Position numbers and translations under genes: made by a program | Notes under the pieces: generated by a model | Database searches by the model: none | Told to the model about the DNA's origin: nothing | The model's input: only the letters and a program-made list of their open reading frames with translations | Shown: positions 33,559 to 44,757 of the stretch, piece after piece | Layout: each line of letters begins with the position of its first letter | Numbering within the stretch: position 1 is the first letter of the stretch | Source: Spirochaetota bacterium | GTDB taxonomy: Bacteria; Spirochaetota; UBA4802; UBA5550 | NCBI GenBank assembly: GCA_963664815.2 | Contig: CAXXHB010000002.1 | Location: forward strand, 256,001 to 320,000 | DNA: 64,000 bases | Reading direction: 5' to 3'

Positions 33559-34281
33559 ATGAAAAGACTTATACTCGCCACATTAACAATTTTTATCTTC
33601 ATGACTGTATCGAAACCACAGGCAGGTACTGCAGCGGGTATGTCTGTAGGCGCAGCAACATGGTATACATATTGGGATTATGACAATAATTCTAAAATTG
33701 ACATTGATCCGACATTTCTTTACGGCCCGGTATTTTCTTTTAAGATTAACGATCGTTTTAACATGACATTAGCCTTCCTGTATGGAACTTTTGACATGAA
33801 GTATACATCCACAACAGCTGTTTCAAATTATGAAATGACGCGGTATGATGGCGATTTTGCAGTGAATTACAGGTTAAATGACTATTTCAAAATATTCATT
33901 GGAGCAAAATATACAAATTATAACTATGAATTCGAAGACGACGATGTAGAAATGAAGCATAGTGGGATAGGAACGGGATCCGGGCTCAGTCTTATAGTTC
34001 CGGTGTATTCAGGTTTCTTTTTCATCATGAATGCAGGAGGAGTTTACCTCTGGGGAACCGAAAAAACAGAATTCAGCAATGATGATAAAAATACTGAAAA
34101 GTCAAAAGATTATGGAGTAAACACAACAGCAGCTCTTGCATATTATATTGAACCTGCTTCAGTTACATTAAGTCTGGGCGGAAGATACCAGTATATTATC
34201 AATAACTATGAAGATAGTGCATCAGAAAAACATAAATTCTACGGTGTAACCTTCTCCGCAATATATTCATTTGACATATAA
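33559..34281 (+). CDS. Outer-membrane beta-barrel protein
   Basis: Signal peptide, aromatic alternating strands, C-terminal YSF; GAGG RBS. Confidence 0.7.
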   Translation: MKRLILATLTIFIFMTVSKPQAGTAAGMSVGAATWYTYWDYDNNSKIDIDPTFLYGPVFSFKINDRFNMTLAFLYGTFDMKYTSTTAVSNYEMTRYDGDFAVNYRLNDYFKIFIGAKYTNYNYEFEDDDVEMKHSGIGTGSGLSLIVPVYSGFFFIMNAGGVYLWGTEKTEFSNDDKNTEKSKDYGVNTTAALAYYIEPASVTLSLGGRYQYIINNYEDSASEKHKFYGVTFSAIYSFDI

Positions 34282-34306
34282 TTGCATAAGTCTTTTTAAA
34301 TAAAAA

Positions 34307-34340
34307 AATGTAGGGTACAGGCATGCCTGTACCCTACATT
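34307..34340. repeat. Perfect 34-bp palindrome, GTAG-type REP-like
   Basis: aatgtagggtacaggcatgcctgtaccctacatt equals its own reverse complement. Confidence 0.8.
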
Positions 34341-34365
34341 ACCCGCCTGTTATTCTCTTTTATTA

Positions 34366-34956
34366 TCATTTATTTCTGTTATAATCTTCAGGTTTGGCAT
34401 CTTCAATCTTTTCTACTTCAAAGGCAACTTCCTGGAATGGACTTTGAAGTTCCATGGAGCCAACCCAACTAATAGATTCCCTTGTACACCTTTGATGAAT
34501 CTCTCCGGATTTCATAATTTTCAGATAAACAATCTGACCTGAGTTCACATCCAGATTTAATTCTTTTTCTTTAACATTATAATAACTTTTATTAAAACAT
34601 CCCGAGTCATCCTTAAAACCAGTATAAGAATATACGCCATCATGGCTTTGAGTGAAAATTGTATAAGAAATTTTTATTTTCCCTTCAGGAACCATTTTTA
34701 TAAATTTTTTATTATCATTAATTCTTTCCTCAAATTCTACATTATTATTAACTTTAATTAATACATTAAGAAAGCTAAATATATATCTTCTTGTAGGAAT
34801 GAATGATTTATCTTCTATAAAATCTTTATTAAATAAAAAAACAATTGTTCCACAATTAAAACATTTATTCTCTACCAATTCTTCCTGAATGCTGGAATTT
34901 AAACCACTACATGCTGATGTAATAAATATGCTTAAAATGATAATTGATTTTTTCAT
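34366..34956 (-). CDS. Hypothetical lipoprotein (putative cassette gene)
   Basis: MKKSIIILSIFITSAC lipobox; GTTGGAC core site ~37 bp upstream. Confidence 0.7.
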   Translation of the reverse strand: MKKSIIILSIFITSACSGLNSSIQEELVENKCFNCGTIVFLFNKDFIEDKSFIPTRRYIFSFLNVLIKVNNNVEFEERINDNKKFIKMVPEGKIKISYTIFTQSHDGVYSYTGFKDDSGCFNKSYYNVKEKELNLDVNSGQIVYLKIMKSGEIHQRCTRESISWVGSMELQSPFQEVAFEVEKIEDAKPEDYNRNK

Positions 34957-34992
34957 CTTTATGCCTCATTATAATCAATTGTTCTTTCTTTG

Positions 34993-35068
34993 TGTCCAAC
35001 AGATAAATTCTTACGTACCAATGAACATTATTTAAAGAGCGGGTGCTCCCGAAGATCGCTTGTTTTGC
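34993..35068 (-). other. attC-like recombination site
   Basis: Minus strand: AAC aagcg atcttcg ... cgtaagaat ttatct GTTGGAC (GTTRRRY) with internal hairpin. Confidence 0.55.
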
Positions 35069-35685
35069 AGTTAAATTTATTTTTTTAATACTTAAAAAAA
35101 AGCAGTGGAAAGAATGATACTTTCAGGCAGCAGAACCTTTTAAAATTAAATAGCATTTTATATATCGAATGGAGTTATCAAAATCCATTTATCTTCCCTG
35201 TGCAATTCTTTACTCTCTCTGATCTCATAGGTTTTCCCCTTAATCTCAAAAATAAAATTATAATCCATCCTCAGTTTTTCATCATCCACTTTATCAAATA
35301 TGTAAATAATTTCTCCTGGATATTTATTATACTCTTTTTCTAAAAATTCTGACTCAGTTTTAAAATGCAGAATATTCTTATCACTAAACATACTTCCATA
35401 AAACCAATCAATTCTTTTAAACGAAATGCTGTCACCTTCAGCATTAAATAAATTAACCGTACATTTCTTTATAATAATTGGTTGCCTCGTGCTTTTCCCT
35501 TGTAATCTAAAACTACTAAGTAAAACACCGGTCCATGACTCAATTTGATATTCAAATGCCATTTTAGTATTAAATAAATAAACCAGCTTAAGGTCTGTAT
35601 TTTTATTTATCTCCAGAACACAACTATCTTTATTTTCGCTGTCTAAATATGTAATTGATGTTCCCCCGAAAAAATGGACACTTTG

Positions 35686-36555
35686 TTAAGCCATTATTTT
35701 AAGATTTAATCTTTCAAAAATCTCCGGACTTTTATAACCCAGATGTGAATGCCTTCTTTTACGGTTATAAAATATTTCAATATATCTAAAGATACTTCTC
35801 TTAGCCTCATTCCTTGTTTTGTAAATATTAAAATAAAATTCTTCTGTTTTCATCGAATGAAATAAAGATTCAGCACAGGCATTATCCCAGCAATTGCCAT
35901 TCCTGCTCATACTCTGAATACATTTCTTTGATTCAAGTAATTCCCTGAAGGATTTGCTGGCATATTGTTTACCTCTATCAGAATGGAATATCAGGCCAGG
36001 GCCCGGATTTCTTCTCATACAGGCCATGTTAAAAGCATCTTCAACAAGTTCAGCTCTCATATGATTTGCCATTGACCATCCGACTATCATTCTGGAAAAT
36101 AAATCCATTACTATACATAAATACAGCCAGCCTTCTAATGTCCAGATATAGGTTATATCTGACACATATACTTTATCTTTCTCTTCAACAGTAAAATTCC
36201 TGTCTAGTATATTCTCAGACACTGGCAAAGAATGACCCGAATCAGTGGTTGCCTTAAATTTTTTCTTTGTCTTTGCATGAATCCCATTCACATTCATCAG
36301 CCTCTCAACCCTATGTATTCCGCAGAAAATACCTTCTTCAAGTAAATCCTGATGAATTCTGGGGCTGCCATAGCTCTCTCCGCTTGATTCATGTGATGAT
36401 TTTATCCTCTCCAATAGTATTTCATTTTCAAGCCCTCTTATACTCTTTGGAGCTTTCAGCCAGGCATAATAACCGCTTTTACTCACATCCATAATCTGGC
36501 ATATCCTCGATACTGGAAATTCAGTACTCTGTTCCTTGATGAATTCATATTTCAT
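35686..36555 (-). CDS. IS3 transposase OrfB (DDE)
   Basis: SDITYI, HSDRGKQY, GNCWDNACAES. Confidence 0.95.
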   Translation of the reverse strand: MKYEFIKEQSTEFPVSRICQIMDVSKSGYYAWLKAPKSIRGLENEILLERIKSSHESSGESYGSPRIHQDLLEEGIFCGIHRVERLMNVNGIHAKTKKKFKATTDSGHSLPVSENILDRNFTVEEKDKVYVSDITYIWTLEGWLYLCIVMDLFSRMIVGWSMANHMRAELVEDAFNMACMRRNPGPGLIFHSDRGKQYASKSFRELLESKKCIQSMSRNGNCWDNACAESLFHSMKTEEFYFNIYKTRNEAKRSIFRYIEIFYNRKRRHSHLGYKSPEIFERLNLKIMA

Positions 36556-36842
36556 TCTTGTGGTTTCGAGAATATGCCCAGAGCCTTTTTTAGAATGTCA
36601 CGCTCCTGCTTAAGAATCAACATTTCCTTCTTGAGTCGTTTAATTTCTTCACTATCCTGAGGATTTATTGTTATTGTCCCGGAATTCCTTTCCTCTGTTT
36701 CAATTTCCCTATTCCAGCGCAATAGATTATCTCTTTTAATCCCAAGATCATTCGCTATTTCAAGTGATGTCTTTCCGCTGGTTCTTAATAATTCTACAGC
36801 CTCTTTCTTAAATTCCGGGCTGTATTTACTTCTCTCTGACAT
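36552..36842 (-). CDS. IS3 transposase OrfA (HTH)
   Basis: KYSPEFKKEAV, ERDILKKA. Confidence 0.95.
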   Translation of the reverse strand: MSERSKYSPEFKKEAVELLRTSGKTSLEIANDLGIKRDNLLRWNREIETEERNSGTITINPQDSEEIKRLKKEMLILKQERDILKKALGIFSKPQE

Positions 36843-37217
36843 TGTAAGCCTCCAAATTTATTATATTTTCGGCTTAACTTAATGTCCACTATATCAGGGG
36901 AAGATCAAATATCCTTATATGGTATACATCCATTCATCAATGTTAACAAAATTATAATTATCAATATTTCCAATTTCATATTAATCTTCATTCATTTTTT
37001 AGTGAAACGATGACAAAGTATGTATTGTAATCTATATTTCAGCAGATACGGCTTCAAGGAGTCTTTGTCTATCTAAGTATGTATATATGTCATAATATAC
37101 ACTAGTCTATCCATTTTTTTCAATCTTTAAGTGTAAATTTTTTAACACGGATTTTCTGTGAGGTCTGCTCTGAACGAATCAAAGAGTAACTCAATAAGAG
37201 GTACAATGTTAAGTAAG

Positions 37218-37637
37218 TTATTTTAACGACATTTTGTACTGCAGTATAACATTGAAGTCTTTTAATACCTTTTTATTTTTTATCTCAAAGGTACATCCCT
37301 TTGATTTCCCGGTATTTTTTGTATTCCGGAACCGTTCTTTTGTATCATCAGATAGAGATTGATCATAGATACCGTCAATATATCTTTCCGGAATATATAT
37401 GGTTGCCCTTAAAAATCCCTTTACTGCAGACATCCAGACAACCGTCTTTTTCTTTTTAGTCGCTTTACAGAGCCACATTTTCCCGTCATTATAATATCTC
37501 CATTCATATGAAATTTCATTTTTGTCATACAAAGCCAGTAATTCCTTAAATGGCTCAAATCCTTTCTCAAGAACATTCTGAAGAATATTTTCATCCGGAT
37601 AAACATCAGGATCTGTTAATTCCTTTTTGTATTCCAT
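37218..37637 (-). CDS. DUF3788-like protein
   Basis: EWRYYNDGKMWLCK..KKKTVVW motif; start at MEYK. Confidence 0.7.
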   Translation of the reverse strand: MEYKKELTDPDVYPDENILQNVLEKGFEPFKELLALYDKNEISYEWRYYNDGKMWLCKATKKKKTVVWMSAVKGFLRATIYIPERYIDGIYDQSLSDDTKERFRNTKNTGKSKGCTFEIKNKKVLKDFNVILQYKMSLK

Positions 37638-37674
37638 ACCTGCCCCCCTGTAGTTCAATACTCTGATTATACAG

Positions 37675-37747
37675 CCTCAACGGCTGAATTCAGCTGCTGT
37701 TTTGCAGCAGCATACTGCCTGATAAAGAATATAACAGCCGGTTAAAT
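37675..37747 (-). other. attC-like site (candidate)
   Basis: Minus strand ATTTAAC cggctg ... gctgctg-caaaa-cagcagc ... cagcc GTTGAGG, 11 bp after a stop codon. Confidence 0.45.
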
Positions 37748-37758
37748 ACAGACTGATT

Positions 37759-38238
37759 TTATTCATCAACAGCCACTCCACGGGATGTAAATGAAATTCC
37801 CTGCTGGCCCTTTGTGCTGATCATTATAGTTTCAATAATCGGCTGATTTGCTTTCGATTGTGCAGACCATTTAATGATAAAATTTGCACCAATCCCTCCG
37901 CTGTTGTCCGTTTCCTTAATTCCCAGGCTGTATGTTTCCAGCGGCTGCAGAATTATTTTTTTATCTTTAATATAACTGTATATTATTTTCCCCGAAGTAT
38001 TGTAATAATCAATTGAATCGATAGTGATTCTGTTTTTCATATCAATATTATGGATGCTTAATGTAACCGATAAATTAATTTCCCGTTTTAAATCAGAATG
38101 ATAAACAGATGAATATGCAGGGACATAAACCGTATTATTCTGTACTTTATTTTTTACCTGAGGGGTTGCAGACTGAATACTCACAAACAGTGAACATATT
38201 ACAACAATCAGCAATGCAGTATTTTTCCTGATTTTCAT
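37759..38238 (-). CDS. DUF3124-like exported protein
   Basis: VYVPAYSSVY, TLSIHN, GGIGANFIIKW, GISFTSRG. Confidence 0.8.
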   Translation of the reverse strand: MKIRKNTALLIVVICSLFVSIQSATPQVKNKVQNNTVYVPAYSSVYHSDLKREINLSVTLSIHNIDMKNRITIDSIDYYNTSGKIIYSYIKDKKIILQPLETYSLGIKETDNSGGIGANFIIKWSAQSKANQPIIETIMISTKGQQGISFTSRGVAVDE

Positions 38239-38270
38239 TTTATTGTCTCCTTGAATTTTATTACAGATAT

Positions 38271-40232
38271 TTACAATAACATCATTAATTCACTGAATAT
38301 TTTTTTATTTTCAGGTAAACCTATTATTGCTATATAATCTCCCCCCTGGAAGACAAATTCTGCCTCCGGATTCGGGATAAATTCATTATTTCTCAAAACA
38401 CCCACCACAGAGACACCAGTTTTTGACCTGATTGACAGGTCATTAATTGATCTGCCGGTAACAGCGCTGTTTTCAGTATTTTCGAACCAGCTCATCTCAA
38501 GAAGAAAAGGCGTTACCTTGACATTAGCTGACAGTGAATTCTTAACATTCTCAATTTGCAAATTTGAAAAATTCTGTTTTCTGATATCGTCAGTAAAACC
38601 ATATATTTTTGTTAAAGGAACTTCAAGAAGAACCAGCGACTGTCTGATTATTTCAAGACTCGCTTCAAATTCAGGCTGTACAACTTCAAAAATATTCATT
38701 TTAAATAATTCATCCACATGAGTAAGATCATCCGCACGCGCTATTATCTTTACCTCCGGATTAGACCTCAGTACAGTTGAAACTATTTCTCGTGCTGTTG
38801 TAATCAATGGTACAGTAATTATAATTAAGCGTGCTCTGTCGATTTTCGAACCATTTAAAACCGTTTCCCTGCCTGCATCACCATATATTACCGGAAAACC
38901 GGCATTTTTTGATTTTTCAAATCTCCTGAAATCCTGTTCAATTATTATAAACGAAAAATCAAGCTTTTGAAATATTGATGCTATCTGAAAACCGACACGC
39001 CCTCCGCCGGCAATAACTATATGGTTATTTAATCCGGCATCCGGTATATTTATTGTCTGAATCTGTTCATTTTTAAACCATTTATTTTTCAAAGAATAAA
39101 TAGGAACAACCAGCATGGATAATATCGGTGATATAATCATCGTTATTACAGAAACCGATAATACCAGTGAAAAAAAACCGGTTCCGATAATTTTATTCTG
39201 TAATCCGGTTCTTGCTAGTACAAAGGAAAACTCCCCGATCTGGGAGAGGCTGAAACCCAGGGCAAGCGGGATGATATTATAATATTTAAAAACAATACTC
39301 ATGGAAGAAAAAAGAATTAATTTGCCGGAGATAACCAGAACTACGAGAATAAAAATATTATAGAGATTATTATAAACAAAAGACGGATCAAGGAGCATGC
39401 CGATTGATGTAAAAAAAATCAGCCCGAAAATATCACGAAGAGGAATAATATCATTAAGCGCCTGATGACCGTAATCCGATTCATTTATTACCATGCCGGC
39501 GACAAAGGCGCCAAAGGCAAGAGAGAGTCCGAATATATGAGTAAGATACCCGACACCGAGCCCCAATGCGGTAATGGTCAGCAGAAATAATTCTCTGGAA
39601 TTCAGTTTCGCGACAACCTTAAGTATCCATGGGATAAGCCGGACACCGACAAATATTATTGCCGGTAAAATCAAAACTGCTTTTAAAAGAGTGAGCAGAA
39701 GCGGAATTAAATTACTGCTCAGAGAATTAAGTTCCGGAATAATCAGCATCAGCGGTATAGCCGCTAAATCCTGAACAATTAATATTCCGGTCATTACCCT
39801 GCCCGACAGTGTTCCTGTCAGTCCCCTGCTCATCAGTATTTTAAGAACCACCATTGTGCTGGAGAGAGATATTATCATTCCAAAAACAACAGATTCATTC
39901 AATGACATTTTCAGAAAAAACCCGATTGCACATCCATAGGCAATTAATATCAGCACCTGTATTGGCGTGCCGATAAGGGCAATGGCTTTAACAGCTTTTA
40001 ATTCTTTAAAAGAAAAATCCAGCCCTATGGAAAACAGAAGCAGGGCAACACCAATCTCCGCAAGTAATTCAATACGGGGAATATCAGATACGGTTATACC
40101 CCCAGTATAAGGGCCTATTATTATCCCGGCAATTATGTAACCAATAATCGGAGGAAATTTAATTTTTTCAGCTATTAACCCTGTCAATAATCCGACGATT
40201 ATAATTATTATAAGATCTTCTGCTATACCCAT
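38271..40232 (-). CDS. CPA2 cation:proton antiporter with TrkA-N/TrkA-C domains (Kef-like)
   Basis: LAEIGVALLLFSIGL, LSSTMVV, QIGEFSFVL, GGGRVG, C-terminal RCK_C. Confidence 0.92.
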   Translation of the reverse strand: MGIAEDLIIIIIVGLLTGLIAEKIKFPPIIGYIIAGIIIGPYTGGITVSDIPRIELLAEIGVALLLFSIGLDFSFKELKAVKAIALIGTPIQVLILIAYGCAIGFFLKMSLNESVVFGMIISLSSTMVVLKILMSRGLTGTLSGRVMTGILIVQDLAAIPLMLIIPELNSLSSNLIPLLLTLLKAVLILPAIIFVGVRLIPWILKVVAKLNSRELFLLTITALGLGVGYLTHIFGLSLAFGAFVAGMVINESDYGHQALNDIIPLRDIFGLIFFTSIGMLLDPSFVYNNLYNIFILVVLVISGKLILFSSMSIVFKYYNIIPLALGFSLSQIGEFSFVLARTGLQNKIIGTGFFSLVLSVSVITMIISPILSMLVVPIYSLKNKWFKNEQIQTINIPDAGLNNHIVIAGGGRVGFQIASIFQKLDFSFIIIEQDFRRFEKSKNAGFPVIYGDAGRETVLNGSKIDRARLIIITVPLITTAREIVSTVLRSNPEVKIIARADDLTHVDELFKMNIFEVVQPEFEASLEIIRQSLVLLEVPLTKIYGFTDDIRKQNFSNLQIENVKNSLSANVKVTPFLLEMSWFENTENSAVTGRSINDLSIRSKTGVSVVGVLRNNEFIPNPEAEFVFQGGDYIAIIGLPENKKIFSELMMLL

Positions 40233-40249
40233 AATTTATAAATTCATAA

Positions 40250-40927
40250 TTATTTTATTAATGCATCATGTAATAAGGCCAGCCCGTTTTTATGATTATC
40301 TTTCACGGTTGAATAAATATCTTCATAAAAATCAATACTCCCTTTTAATCTTTTTTCAGCTATCTCCCTGGCACGTTCTGTAAATAAACCGGCATGAACA
40401 TTTTTTAATTTATATGAATATTCTCTGAAGAATGATTCCCCCTCATTTTCGTTTCCATCAAGAACATTTCCATCTTCATCAACTGAATACAGAGGTTGTT
40501 CAGTTATACCGGCATATAAAAGGGTTCTGGCTATACCAAGCGTTCCAATCACATCAATTTTATCCGCATCATAAATAATTTTTGCTTCTATACTTTCCGG
40601 AGGATTTGTATTTCTGTAACGATGAGTTGAAATGCAGTTTTTTACATGATGCGATTTAGTTTCATTCCAGTTGATTGATAATAAAAATTTATAAGCCATA
40701 TCAGCACCTATAATGGCATGATCTGATGCTCTGTTTTTAAACTGGGCTTCACGTCCAATATCATGAAGAAGTGCGGCAGTAATTAATACTTCGGTATCAA
40801 CATCAAAATGCTTTGCTATATCTAATGCAGAATATAAAACCCGATATACATGCTGTGTATCATGTGCACTGTCTTTCATGCATTTTTTCATATATTGTTC
40901 AATTTCTAAATACATATCTGATTTCAT
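40250..40927 (-). CDS. HD-domain phosphohydrolase
   Basis: AHD..HVYRV, AALLHDIGR, YDADKID. Confidence 0.9.
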   Translation of the reverse strand: MKSDMYLEIEQYMKKCMKDSAHDTQHVYRVLYSALDIAKHFDVDTEVLITAALLHDIGREAQFKNRASDHAIIGADMAYKFLLSINWNETKSHHVKNCISTHRYRNTNPPESIEAKIIYDADKIDVIGTLGIARTLLYAGITEQPLYSVDEDGNVLDGNENEGESFFREYSYKLKNVHAGLFTERAREIAEKRLKGSIDFYEDIYSTVKDNHKNGLALLHDALIK

Positions 40928-40972
40928 ATATAAATATCCGTTAATAAAAATTTTAAACAGGTTAATCCCGGT

Positions 40973-41710
40973 TCATCTTATATCTTCTGTCTTTTTTGCA
41001 ACGATATGTACCATGCGGTTTATTGTTTCTGATGAGTCTATTTCAAAACCACAATTTTTTAAAATGGTAATGATTTCATTCTCTGAAACTCTTAACTTCT
41101 TATAAGCACTTATTTTTTGAATCCATTCTCCATTTTCTTTTTCATGGAGCAGATCATATACCAAAACAAAATTGTCAAAGTATTCTAAAAAACATGTTAA
41201 GATACGATTTTCGTCTGATTTAACCGGAAGAAACCGGCTTACACCTTCCAGCGGGACAGTCAGATCGCGATATGAAATAATTAATTTTCCACCAGGAACC
41301 AATAACCCGTATGATTTTTGAAAAAGTTTTTCAATTTCAGAAGATGACAACAAATGAGTAATAGTATCTCCCATGCATGTTATAATTTCAAATGAAGAAT
41401 ATGGAATAATACTAAAATCCATAAAATCAGCTTCAATTGTTTTGATATCCAGCCCGATAGATTTTTTATTCAATTCATATAAAAGCTGCTCACTGAAATC
41501 TATTGCAATGACCTTAAAACCTGATCGTGCAAGTGAAACAGATTGAATTCCATTACCACATCCAAGATCTAACGCCACACCGTTTGTGACCAGTTGAATA
41601 TTATGAGATTTAAAATATTTTTGTTGTTCGATTACTTTGGTTTCAAAATCTCCAAGCATCCATGAATAAAATTTTCCCAGATGGTTGTCATAATGCTCTT
41701 TCACTGTCAT
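40973..41710 (-). CDS. Class I SAM-dependent methyltransferase
   Basis: LDLGCGNG, CMGDTITHL, LVPGG. Confidence 0.9.
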   Translation of the reverse strand: MTVKEHYDNHLGKFYSWMLGDFETKVIEQQKYFKSHNIQLVTNGVALDLGCGNGIQSVSLARSGFKVIAIDFSEQLLYELNKKSIGLDIKTIEADFMDFSIIPYSSFEIITCMGDTITHLLSSSEIEKLFQKSYGLLVPGGKLIISYRDLTVPLEGVSRFLPVKSDENRILTCFLEYFDNFVLVYDLLHEKENGEWIQKISAYKKLRVSENEIITILKNCGFEIDSSETINRMVHIVAKKTEDIR

Positions 41711-41940
41711 TGATTTTTACCTCCACAAACTACAGCATGAATTTACATTGCATCAGACCGGACAGGAATTGCGTATAATATCCTGCTGATGTAATATCGC
41801 ATTAGTCTTTAAAATACCTATGCCTGTGCTGAGAAATTGAATAATGTAATGTTCGATGCCAGAGATTTCGTACAGCAGAATTTATACGAAGGAATTGGCC
41901 ATTTCATATGATATTTGTAAAAAACTAAAAGTTTATCCTT

Positions 41941-42222
41941 CTATAGTCTTACTCTTTTATTTTCAAAAATAATTTTCAAACCAAGTGCTCCGCATACTTT
42001 CAGAAAAGTGTTGATATTACAATTAATTCCATTTTCAACTTTCGAAAGTTGTTGCTGGGTTACATGTGCTTTCTTTGCTAAGTCTTTTTGAGAAATTCCG
42101 AGTTTATTTCTTTCTTCTAAAATTTTTATTGAAAGAGATAGCAGTTCTCTTTCTTCATTATATAATTGTGTGAATTTTTCATCTTTTAATTCTTCTTTTA
42201 TTTGTTTTTTAAATGTTTTCAT
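41941..42222 (-). CDS. XRE/HigA-like antitoxin
   Basis: ISQKDLAKKAHVTQQQLSKVENG; start at MKTFK. Confidence 0.85.
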   Translation of the reverse strand: MKTFKKQIKEELKDEKFTQLYNEERELLSLSIKILEERNKLGISQKDLAKKAHVTQQQLSKVENGINCNINTFLKVCGALGLKIIFENKRVRL

Positions 42223-42424
42223 TATAAACATCCAATATTTTTTTCTCATCAAATCTCTTTAAAAAATCAGCATAAGGACGCGTCAGGTTTGGACCTTCCT
42301 CTTCAAGAAATGAAAGTAATCCGAGAATCTTCGCTCGATTTTTTATACTTTTTGAAGAAATGAAATCTTCAACGGGGCATTCACCATTTTTTGTTTCATA
42401 ATAAATGATTTTCCAGTTTTTCAT
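42209..42424 (-). pseudogene. HigB/Gp49-like toxin, internally deleted
   Basis: WKIIYYETKNGECPVEDFI..EEGPNLTRPYAD, then lacks the ELR/RIFY core; promoter TTGACA with palindrome ttacatcatatatgatgtaa at 42436-42455. Confidence 0.75.
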
Positions 42425-42660
42425 GATAATTCAACTTACATCATATATGATGTAATGTCAACTTAAATATTCTATTTATCTTATCGAAAGAATCTATTAC
42501 TATTGAGAGACAAAATAATTCTGGCTAATTCTTTCAGGGCAAATAATCTTGCGCTCTGCCCGCTGGCTGGGTAAATAATTATTTTACGTGATTATTATTT
42601 TTTCAGGTAAGTCACAGGATAATATAAGTTATCGATTGTTCCCCCCGCCGTTCGATGTAG

Positions 42661-43029
42661 TTATATAAAACGGTCTACTGATACATTAAATATTTTTGCT
42701 AATTTCTTTGCTGTTATTTTACTGACTGGTCTTGAACCATTTTCCATATTTGAAACATGTTGTTTTGGAATTCAACCAAGCATTTCTCCAAGTTTTTCCT
42801 GGGTTATTTTATGAATCTTCCTGTAAATTTTCATGTTGTCACCAGGAGTTTTTTCAGCATGAATTTTCTTATACCAATCAGTTTCAATGATATCTACAAA
42901 TTCATCATCTTCATCTTCTGTTAAATGAAATTTTTTACCGTATTTTTCTTTCAACAGTGTGATGATCTTCTGTGGAATATCACTTTTAATGTTTATTTCA
43001 ATATGGGGCGTTTTCACGACTGCCTGCAT
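42661..43029 (-). pseudogene. XRE antitoxin with one in-frame TGA, paralogue of 48774-49142
   Basis: Frame continues past TGA (42772) as IPKQHVSNMENGSRP..VDRFI*. Confidence 0.85.
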
Positions 43030-43258
43030 AATATACCTCTATTATTAATGAATCATTTTCATAATACCAACATGCGACCCATTTGTATGATAGATGGCAA
43101 TGGTATTCATTTTTTCCTGACTTACTGAAGTTTGGCCATTCTTTTCTAATTTGTCATTTTTCTCTTAAATCTTTAACAAGGGATTCAAAAGTGAATTAAA
43201 TATCCTTCGGCATCATGAGGACATTTTTCATTATGCTTTTTTAATGATTATATTGTAT
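42998..43258 (-). pseudogene. RelE-like toxin, degraded
   Basis: WPNFSK..YHCHLSYKWVACW..EVYYAGSRENAPY* with two stops and a frameshift upstream. Confidence 0.75.
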
Positions 43259-43378
43259 ATAAATCAGAGTAATCATTTTATGGTTAGTGATCAAGATGTT
43301 TTTTGAATCTTTAAGTGTAATAATGACATAAAAGTTTAATATTGGAAAGCGGTAAATTCTGATCGGTTTTAACAGCCA

Positions 43379-43701
43379 TGAAGGTAGAGCTATCTACAAT
43401 AGCCGGTCATGCATCATAGAACATATATTCGGAGAAATAAATGAGTATAAACATTTCCGGAGATTCTATCATCGTGGACTGGAAAAGGTTAACACAATCC
43501 GGGCTATTTTCTGTAATGCTCATAATTTCCATAAGCTTGCCCGGCTGGAATACAGATTATAATTAAATAAATTAAAATATTCCCGAAGACATAGGATCTT
43601 CGGGATACATACAGGATTGTCAAAATAAAATCAGAGGATATTCAGTCGATATTATTTTAGACTACTCCATTTTTTTAATAAGCTACTTTTTCAACAGACT
43701 C
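43379..43701 (+). mobile_element. IS1182-family right-end remnant
   Basis: Highly similar to 53546-53874; ends tactttttcaacagactc followed by CTTT-GTTATATGAA. Confidence 0.85.
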
Positions 43702-43730
43702 CTTTGTTATATGAAGTCGCCTGACTTTTT

Positions 43731-44099
43731 TTAAGAATTTTTAGTCAGAGTCCCTTGATGAAAAATCATTTTCCATTTATCATCCTTGTATTTCCATACC
43801 GAACTTCGAATTGAATATTTTTGTTCAAGATTAATTTCAGAATGCTTAATTAGTTTATATGTTGCTAAAACTATAAAATCAGATAATTGTTTAATCGAAA
43901 AATCAATTATTTCCCAATTAATTTTTGGAGAAATGAAAGTATCTCCTTTTTTGTAATGATATATTTTCCCATTGCTAGAAAATTCAATAAGTTCATCATC
44001 AATTATTTCATTTAATTTTTGTTCTGATTCTCTAGTCTCAGATTTTAATAATTGATTTTCTAAATAAAGTATTTCTTTTTCAATTGTTTTTATATTCAT
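43731..44099 (-). CDS. DUF4440 / NTF2-like protein (putative cassette gene)
   Basis: EFSSNG, SIRSSVW..WKMIFHQGT; followed by TTCATATAAC inverse-core. Confidence 0.8.
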   Translation of the reverse strand: MNIKTIEKEILYLENQLLKSETRESEQKLNEIIDDELIEFSSNGKIYHYKKGDTFISPKINWEIIDFSIKQLSDFIVLATYKLIKHSEINLEQKYSIRSSVWKYKDDKWKMIFHQGTLTKNS

Positions 44100-44132
44100 G
44101 ACGATCTTGGCTTTTCATTAAGTTTAAAAATC

Positions 44133-44709
44133 TGTACAACCCGACGACATCGGTAACACTCTACTGTGCTTTCTGTACCTTTGTACCATCTGTTTTATAA
44201 ATAATCAAGCCGGTTATTTTATCCAGAACACCTATCATAAAATCATCAAACCATATGTCCAGTTCACCCTGGTTTTCTTTTATGCCAACATTATAACCGG
44301 CAAAAGGATTATCTACAAATAATCTCTTACCACTGTAATTGCAGAATCCGCAATCATTTACCATGCGACTTTTATAACCCTTGCCATAAACGATCAACAC
44401 ATCTTCCGGCTCGTAAACTCTACCGGACTTTACATATACATCAACCGGTCTTTTCATATCCAATGCTTCATGGGGACTAATTGTATTAAAGTCTTCACGC
44501 CACTTATCAAACACTCTCTGATGTTCATTCAGATTACCATCTATCTGCCCTTCGAGCTCTGCTTTCATATCACGATACATCCTCTCATGTCCGCCATTCT
44601 GATACGGGCATCCGGGATCGATACGGTCCAGTTTTATCCCCAGCGACATCCACCAAACTGATAGTTTACTCAGTCCGAATACATTGCCACCAGGGCCGCT
44701 CCTTTGCAT
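44133..44709 (-). mobile_element. IS481-family transposase 3' remnant with right end
   Basis: LSVWW..LGI..RIDPGCPYQNGGHERM, PHEALDM; TGT terminus at 44133. Confidence 0.8.
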
Positions 44710-44757
44710 CCGTGCAACCGCGGCACTACGACATCCATGTCGGACATATTTCTACAG

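Larger units (their letters stand above)
35656..36907 (-). mobile_element. IS3-family element, copy 1 (1252 bp)
   Basis: TG...CA ends, imperfect IRs tgatgttcccccgaaaaaatggacac / tgatcttcccctgatatagtggacat, AAT target duplication. Confidence 0.95.
35158..36979 (-). pseudogene. Lipoprotein gene (188 aa when restored) split by IS3
   Basis: MKLEILIIIILLTLMNGCIPYKDI (36979-36908) joins in frame to TYLDSENK...MAFEYQ after removing the IS and one AAT copy. Confidence 0.85.
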
